Shown here: one piece after another, positions 46,517-53,583 of the stretch | Position numbering within the stretch: the first letter of the stretch is position 1 | Layout: each line of letters begins with the position of its first letter | Source: Perkinsus chesapeaki ATCC PRA-425 | Taxonomy: Eukaryota > Protista > Perkinsozoa | Assembly (NCBI GenBank): GCA_013115145.1 | Contig: JAAPAO010000201.1 | Coordinates: forward strand, 1-53,583 | Direction: 5' to 3' | Length of the DNA stretch: 53,583 nucleotides | Made by a program: the position numbers and the translations under genes | Notes under the pieces: model-generated | The model's database searches: none | What the model saw: the letters and a program-made list of their open reading frames with translations, nothing else | Told to the model about the DNA's origin: nothing

Positions 46517-49500
46517 TCAATGGGAATCACACCAGACTGAGAGCAAACAAAATCTTAAAGATTCTCGCCCGGGCTCGGTGAGCGCTACTACCTCCAGACC
46601 GTTATTCCACGAGACGGCCATGGTGCCCGCATTAGGGTTGACACTGTCGAGCTGGAGAAGGGTCCCGACTGGTGGCGCCCCAGGCCTCATTGATTCGGCA
46701 ACGACCATCTGACAAAATATACAGGCAATTGCCGAGTCCTCCGACTTACCAGTTGATTGCTCTGAATTTGTGGGCGCGTGACGCCTCCACCGACTGGGAG
46801 CATTCCGCCCCGGTGGGCCTCCAGCTTGGCCGCCAACTCGCTCATCGCTGAGCGAGGACGACTAAACAAAAAGTAGGGCTTCGGTGGTTGCTAGAAGGAG
46901 GAAGCTTACGCAGCCTGTGTGGGTAGTGCACCGACGCTGGCTTTCTGCTGCTGCTGCTGTTGCCGTTGGCCCTGAGATCTGGGGCTGTGGAAAACGCTGG
47001 CAGGAACCCAGCCAGGCTGTTGAGGAGTTCTGGAAGACGCTAATGATAATGCGAAGTTTAGCAGAGGCACCTACTTGCGAACATTGATCGCCCATGCCCA
47101 GAGGCCATCCGGGGAAATCGACTTCACCATCATAACATCTCCGGTGTCGACATGGAGCTGGTTCGGGTCGGTAGGGTGCCAGAAGCACCGTGCGACGTGC
47201 CTAAGGCGATGACAATCCACTCGTCCTTGGCAATATAAGACCCTTACTGAGAATTCGCCACAAGTTGAGGTGTAGAGCTGTCCGTCGGTTGCTGAGCTTG
47301 CAACAGCTGTGTCTGTTGTTGCTGTTGTAGCAGTTGGCGCTGTCTTTCTATCAGTTCCGCCGCCGCCGTGGCCGCCGTGGACTTAGAGTTGATCCCCGGG
47401 GGAGCCGCCTTATCCTCTCCAGGCTGCTGCTGCTGCTTTGCTGTCACAGATGATGATGCTGCTGCTGTCGATCCCTTGCTCGCCACGACAGTCTTCATGT
47501 TCGTTATCATAGACCCGATCGACTTCACTGTACGGCATCTCACCGGATACCTGCCAGCCAGCATCACCTGCATCATCAGCCGAAACATAAACCCACATGA
47601 AGGGCTCATTGCGAGCGATAATCTGCTTGGCCCGCTCCTGAGAGTCGCCATCCACTCCCGTCTGGAGCATCAGCACGTCCACTTTCCTCATACTGGCAAT
47701 CTGAGGCGAGCCATGCCCAGATCGGCGGCGGGCCGTGACTATTCTTACTAGCGTAGCAGAGATGCCCCTCAGTAAAGATTCGCAGAAGAGAACGCCAATA
47801 ACCGAGTTGCCTCCTGCAGCCTTCGCCTTGGTCTCCTCGATGGCGCTGACAAACTGGTCGGACGTAGCAGCGGACTCCGGAGGCGTGTTAGGTCTGCCAT
47901 AAGCGTGTGGAATCGTCACCAGTCCGCAGCTCTGGTACCCGAGATCTCGCTCGTCAGCTTTGATCGGGACAAGCTGCCACTGGTTTAAGACCTGACCGAT
48001 ATGGAGCCGTCATGAGCTTCCTGGGCAGCAGCAACAGCAGCATCCACTACATTTCCGATTTCCTCCGTCGACATCCGGTCCTCTGTGCTCGGACTCGTCG
48101 CCAAGTTTTTCAGGGCCACCAAATCGGAGATCAGAAAAACCTTCGGAGCTGCAGCAGGCGCCGTCCGAGGAGATACTCCAACGGTTGCGGCAGCCGCTGG
48201 CGCCTTCGCGACAGGAACTGCCGGAGCTGGGGTTCGAACCTGCGACCATCTCAATAAGATGAATTAGTCCTTGTGTTTCTGACCTGTGGTGCAGCTAGTT
48301 GCGGCTGCGGTGCTGGAGTGGGCACCGCCTTAGGTACGCTGGGCTTGGGCATCGCTGGTGCCATTCCCCCCGGTTTGAACTCTGGCGCTTCTGCCCGCAA
48401 ATGAGAGACACCTGAGTCGGCCACTGACCGGAGTGATCTACCAATGATCCCACCTTGGCCGTCTCTCGGTGAGGTGGCAGCCGAACCGCTGCCTTGCTTC
48501 TTCTGCATGATCTCGTATGACACTAGACGTGGCTTAAGATCGAACATGGTCTCAACTTCCCCTTTGCTGAGCAGCTCCTCCACAACACAGGACTCTGCAG
48601 CAGAGCAAGGCGATATCGTGGGAATGAAAAAGCCAATGAACCCCACCTCGCTGAGCCTTCTCAGTCGCGGCTCTGTTGCGCTCAATCATATCTTGTAGAG
48701 ACAGCTGGATCGGTCGGCCGCCGCGAACCAGCTCGGTCCCTTCAGGGCATCCGAAAACGTGAAGTCCCTGAGTCCACCATCAGTACAGACCCGGCGCTTA
48801 GCCCACGGTTACCAGTGGTGCCCTATTCTGGTGAGGAAGCATGTTGTCCATGAACCCTTGGGTCTTAGCATCCGAGACATCCCCCACTTTCAGCAAAAAT
48901 TGTCCTATACAAACCAAGTACATTTGACGACACGAAACGGAGTGCGCGGGGGGGGGGCACGACTCGCTAATCCGCGAACAGCAGACGCGCCAGGGACGGT
49001 GTTCACACTAGCAGCGAGCCGGCAAAGAACTATCCTCGCCAGTCGTCCTGCTAATGCCAGTGCTTTGTATCGAGCGTGGGAAGAGGCATTCATCTTTATA
49101 TTATAAAACTTAGAAAGTGCCCACAATCAAAAGAGGTCAGAAATGTTTAGAATCCCATGACCGATACTGGAAGGGCCTTGTCAGTGAAATGATCAATTGT
49201 ATGGTGGAGCTTTCATTCGAAGTGCAAACGATTGTTTAATATTAACTATATGGAGGGTCTTACCTGTCAGTGGCTTCCCTTGGAAATTCTTACGGAACAT
49301 ATGAGCCAAACCTTCTGATAGAAAATTGATAAAAGCGTAGCCTAGAAAGGGTATAATTGATAGGGGGCGTAAGAATGCCACTTCTTGCCTTTGGTTTTCA
49401 CACCTTGCTGTGTCGCCGGTGTCCTCTCGTGTGGCATAAAAAGGAAATCATAGGCTCCTGCAAAGCAGAGTTGAAGAGAGACCGTCGAAGCTTCGACGTA

Positions 49501-49876
49501 CCTTTGAAGCCTTCTTGGTTGATAATAGCGATCAGATCCAACGAACCAAGATCATTAGGAACGTTACGGAGCATCACTGTGGTACGTTGAGGAGCTGTTG
49601 AAGAAAGTGCGGTATGAACTAAACTCCGACACCCTTACCGGCCGCTGGGCTCGCCAGCAGCTGCGCGTTGCTGCCATATCTCACATCACCGCCGAGGTGT
49701 GAGCCTTTTGCTGTGCCTAACAGAGGAGCATCTTGGGAGGGACGAATCATCGGCGCACCTCCGAACATTCTGAACAGAGCGTCAGTGTTGCTGCCTTCGG
49801 TAGGGTTACCGGTGGAGCCACCTGCCGTTGTAGTAGCCGAAACCGGTCTTGAAATGTTCTCCCGTAGATTAGACAT
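46517..49876 (-). CDS. Mei2-type RRM protein with a PAM2 motif, Gln-rich tracts and an SH3 domain, multi-exon
   Basis: Spliced RRM: RTTVMLRNVPNDL..LIAIINQEGFKGAYDFLFMP..LGYAFINF..DAKTQGFMDN (about 48830-49590). PAM2-like SHLRAEAPEFKP at 48371-48406. SH3: VARCFWHPTDPNQLHVDTGDVMMVKSISPDGLWAWAINVRK|TPQQPGWVPASVF (about 46990-47200; a 45-nt intron restores the frame). The exon chain at 47560-47800 is unresolved. Confidence 0.75.
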
Positions 49877-50066
49877 GGCAGCAAACTATTGATGAACGAT
49901 TGCCCTTTCATGCGAACTATCGCACCGATTTAGCCCGCGTCAACTATTACCAAGATTGCCGATTTTACACGTGTTAAAACAACACAGTGATCGGTTTGAC
50001 TCTCGTTCCCCGTCTCGGAAATTACCCTGCTTCATTCCCCCTTAGTTCAGCCGTTCCTTTGGTGTT

Positions 50067-50993
50067 ATGACGCTCGGTCCCTATCATAGTAGCGAGATTA
50101 TCAGAGACCCCCTCCTGGTCACTGTTATTGCTCTCTGCTCTTTCGCCCTGGTCCTCATCAGCAGGTTGGCGATGAATTCCCAACCCGGCCACTACTGTCG
50201 TGCCGCAATTGTCCCCCAGACTCTGGCATGTTTGGTCTGCCTTGTGCTCTGGTTCTTCTTCAGCGGCTCTGACGCCTTCGTGCCTATCATTTTCGCTTGT
50301 CCAGCATTTGGTCCCATTGGTGCTTCAACCTGGTCATGGTTCATGCAGCTGCTGAGCAACCGAAAGGCCCGCGCCCTCGAAAGCGCCGCCGCAGCCGTTG
50401 TCGAGCAAGTAGAGATGATGGAGAATGGTGGGGCCGATGTGCCTAGGTCGGCCTCAGTGGTCAGCTTGGAACGCAGGCCATCTCAGACTGAGATCGAAAC
50501 AGTAAGCAACTCGACTCTGGTGTTTCTAGCCTCATGGCAAAATCGCAGTACAAGCCTCTCGAAGGCATTTTATATCCTCTTTACTCTAGGGATTGTCTAC
50601 GCTTATTCCCCTCAGATAGCTGACCCGTTGCTTGGCCGTTCCGTTGAGGATACTGCGGAAACTGTGCAAGATCCTCTGCTGCCTCCTAACCCGGTCATCC
50701 CTACGGTATTCATCCCACGCCTCTGTGAAACCCGATCATTCGTTCTCGAAGATGATGACCTCGAAAGTGGATACGCGACCCCTCGGGACTACAGGGTCGG
50801 TTCCGCAGTCAATCTCCGCTCCCCATTGTGCATTCTCAGGTTCGTTTCTATCCCCAGGCGATGCTGCCAATCGAGATGCGGACTCTCGCTGCCACCTCTG
50901 GCGCTTAATCATTTTTTACGATCACCCATGTCATTCTCTAAGCTGTCGTTCATTTACCGTTATTACAACAATTTTATCATTTTACAGGCATAA
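50067..50993 (+). CDS. Unknown multi-pass membrane protein
   Basis: 308-aa ORF with 3-4 hydrophobic segments (LLVTVIALCSFALVLI, LACLVCLVLWFFF, FYILFTLGIVYAY). The 3' end may be spliced differently. Confidence 0.55.
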   Translation: MTLGPYHSSEIIRDPLLVTVIALCSFALVLISRLAMNSQPGHYCRAAIVPQTLACLVCLVLWFFFSGSDAFVPIIFACPAFGPIGASTWSWFMQLLSNRKARALESAAAAVVEQVEMMENGGADVPRSASVVSLERRPSQTEIETVSNSTLVFLASWQNRSTSLSKAFYILFTLGIVYAYSPQIADPLLGRSVEDTAETVQDPLLPPNPVIPTVFIPRLCETRSFVLEDDDLESGYATPRDYRVGSAVNLRSPLCILRFVSIPRRCCQSRCGLSLPPLALNHFLRSPMSFSKLSFIYRYYNNFIILQA

Positions 50994-51247
50994 TAATGCC
51001 GTCTTCGTATGACCCCGACCGATGCAGGTGACCAAGCGACTGCCTAGTACACAGCATTTCGCCGCCGACGCGGCCCAGATTCGTGCCGTCTGTCGTGGCA
51101 TGGTGGTAGCTCTCCTAGTCATCCGTGCTCTCGGCCACGGTCACGAATTTTTGCCTTATTTATGAGGTTTGTTGGAGGACGTATCAACTCTGGTCATGCA
51201 TGTCCCTTGTGATGTCCAACACTACCGACTGTGTCGTGTTCTAGTTA

Positions 51248-53102
51248 ATGCCAATTCACCAAGGCTCTCCTGCGGCTGGTATGTCCGGCTTACCCCAGGG
51301 GGCCAAGGAATGTTTCTCCGCGGCTATTAGGATTGCTGAGGAGGGCGGGCTGGACGCATCTGTGTCCGAGTTGGAGACCCTGGATCCGGCTCTCGACCTC
51401 GGCACATTACGGCAGATCCTGGATGTCTATTACCAGTGCGGCAAAGGGGTAAGTAGTCTCTGTAGGGAGGAGAGGTGGCGCCCTCAGAACCAAGGCAGCG
51501 GCGTGCGAAAAACAGATCTCATCGAGCGACTTCATGCCCACACAGAATTGGCCAAGGCGATGCATGATAAACCTATGGTGAAAAGGGATGGAGCAGACTC
51601 GGAGCCATGGGCGTAGGGCTGGGGGCATTGGACAACGTTTTTTGAAGCTATGGATGAGAATGTGTTATTAGCACGTTTTGAAATTGTTGGTCGGTAGTAG
51701 TGAGTCGGCGTTGTCCTTGTGCTTGTGGCGGTCTTCTGGGAACCTGTCGCGAGAAGGATGGATCTGGCAGGTACATTATCCCGGAGCTGGCTGCTATAAT
51801 AGGCGAGACCATCACCTGGACTGATGTTCTGAAAGCCATATGGACTAGATTGTCAAGGCGACGACACTGCAAAGACCTAAAGGGGCCTGTGGAGACTACT
51901 ACCGTGGAGCTCGGTAGTAGACGGGCCAGAGGGAGCTGGGATGGCGGGTAAAGGTGCACATGGACGAGTGGAGTCCCCGCCGCCAGCTGCCGCCTACGAC
52001 GTGTCACAGTACCAGACCATGGGCCCGACCAAGGAAGATGACAGCCCTTCGGTGGTGCGGGGCCCAAGTAGGCACGGTTTGAGGAATGACAGAGAGCTCA
52101 TCGGGCAGGCCCCTGCTACTCGGAGTCGGTATCAGCGGTTCATCCCTTCCTTCGGGACACCATTGAGCCAGCCGTGGCCAGCGCCTTTGCTGCTGTCTCC
52201 AGTGCGGTGTTGGCCGTGAGCAGGAACTCGAGTGAGGCACGAGGCCAGAGTGCGCCTTAGGTCCCTCGCGAAGAGGTCTACGTGCCTCCGATTGACATGC
52301 CACCGAGGCACTTCATCAGCCGTACCGAGTTGACAGTTGAGTCGGGAATCGTCCAAGAGAAAATCGGCGTCTATGAGGGGCTGCTTGGCGATGGAGAGGG
52401 CAACTGTGAGCTACCGAGGACCAGGAGTCAGACACCGCAGGGCCACCAAGCGAAAGAGCCCAAGAAGAAGGTCCGGCCACCGGCGCTAAGGTCGCACTCG
52501 GCGAAGAGCGTCCGGGAGACCACCGTCCCGGTGGGGCCGAGCCTGCTCCAGCGAGGGATGAAAAAATCACACAAGATGATGGCGGCGAGTTTGCGAAGTG
52601 ACGCTGATGTGCCCGAGGAGGAGGCGAGGTGGGAGCGATCCGGCTGGGGTAGTTCCAACGGTGGCTTCAGCAGCGCCTCGTTCAAGGCGCGGAAGGCCCC
52701 GAAAGTTCGGACTGTGCCAGCTGGCGGCTCACCGGGAGCGTTTTCACCGATCGTTGTCGGCAGTCATCAGGTGAGCTTTACAAGGAATTTCGCTGGGATG
52801 GACGGGCGCAGACGCATGTGGCCGAGTTGGAGGTTCGACATCGCCTGGGCAACACCAAGACCAGACCTAGACGGCCGGACACAGCCTCGGCGGCCTTCAT
52901 GTCGGCCAGCTTCAGGAACAGCTCCAGTCGCGGTCCCCTTCTTGAACGGAGCAGCGAGCCTCCGAGGTTGGATCTGGTTCGAGGGAGTGCGTTTTACTAT
53001 CATATCCAGGCCATTCACGGCCCGCCCGGTGCCATGGGTGGTGACAGCACCGATGTATGGATCATTGATGTCGTCCAAGGCGAAGATGAGGAAGAAGAAT
53101 AG
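51248..53102 (+). CDS. Unknown multi-exon gene (or two genes), basic and low-complexity, with an acidic C-terminus
   Basis: Successive + strand open frames (51248-51616, 51700-51951, 51941-, 52282-, ending ...VVQGEDEEEE-stop at 53102) with GT/AG sites between them. The exon joins were not resolved. Confidence 0.45.
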
Positions 53103-53197
53103 GCAGGAGCGGGAGGTACTACAGAAGCTCGGAGGGAGGCATTAGCTCTCGTGCCTAGCTATCAGACAATTCTCGGATGTCCCGGAACTCTATATTT

Positions 53198-53583
53198 TCA
53201 TCCTCCACGAGCCCAATTGGGCCCATGGATGCCAAGGAAAGGGAATATAAAACCGGAGGATTTTTCATTCCAAGCACCAAAAAGCGTACCTTTTAAATTC
53301 GGTGGGAGGACATTCGGGGGCGCATGACGGCGCTGGTTCATGGCAGGCACATTTCTCACGGACGGCTTCGCTGCCACCTCGGTTGCAAGCTCGGGAGGAT
53401 GCATCTAGACGAGGGGATGTGATCGATCGGAAGGGCGTGTAGGTGCCACCAAGCCGCCGTGGACGGGGCAGCCTTCTTGCAGATTGCTGAGCTCGCGTAC
53501 GGCAGACAGCGTTGGCACGCACACGGCACGGGTGCTCACCAAAGCACTCAGGAGTGATATGGATGAGGAGAGAGCATCATCGG
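53198..53583 (-). CDS. 3' part of an unknown gene (partial, runs off the window)
   Basis: An open frame ends ...TLFGAWNEKSSGFIFPFLGIHGPNWARGG-stop at 53198. No start within the window and no domain recognised. Confidence 0.35.

Noticed and set aside
48225-48250. tRNA T-loop-like GGTCGCAGGTTCGAACCCC on the minus strand
   Set aside because: The T-stem pairs poorly and there is no D-arm or acceptor stem. It coincides with a splice acceptor (cgcag|GTT CGA ACC) of the RRM-SH3 gene.

Overview
Eukaryotic, intron-rich genomic window (about 50% GC, many roughly 40-60 nt GT-AG introns, two 99-N scaffold gaps). It is most consistent with an alveolate protist of the Perkinsus type. That assignment is an inference from intron style, flagellar HYDIN and a Cys-rich module I associate with Perkinsus proteins; I could not run a search. 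Left to right: a GPI-anchored surface glycoprotein (-); an 11 kb gene for a giant type I membrane protein with about 10 invasin/filamin-type Ig repeats and a very long cytoplasmic coiled coil (+); a 55-aa secreted six-Cys peptide hidden inside a longer ORF call (-); a 17 kb HYDIN gene that has a single 5 kb exon and appears to stop before its usual C-terminus (+); a tandem array of three secreted NHL beta-propeller genes, two with mucin stalks plus paired Cys-rich modules and one broken (-); a 33-nt hairpin tandem repeat; an ERGIC-53/VIP36 L-type lectin (-); a coiled-coil protein (-); a Mei2-type RRM + PAM2 + SH3 protein (-); and several unknown genes. The best novelty candidates are the diversifying secreted propeller-mucin-Cys family, the Cys-rich peptide, the Ig-TM-coiled-coil receptor, the apparently truncated HYDIN, and the RRM-PAM2-SH3 fusion. 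Exon boundaries were read by eye and are approximate unless stated. Most short ORFs in the supplied track are exon fragments or antisense shadows.
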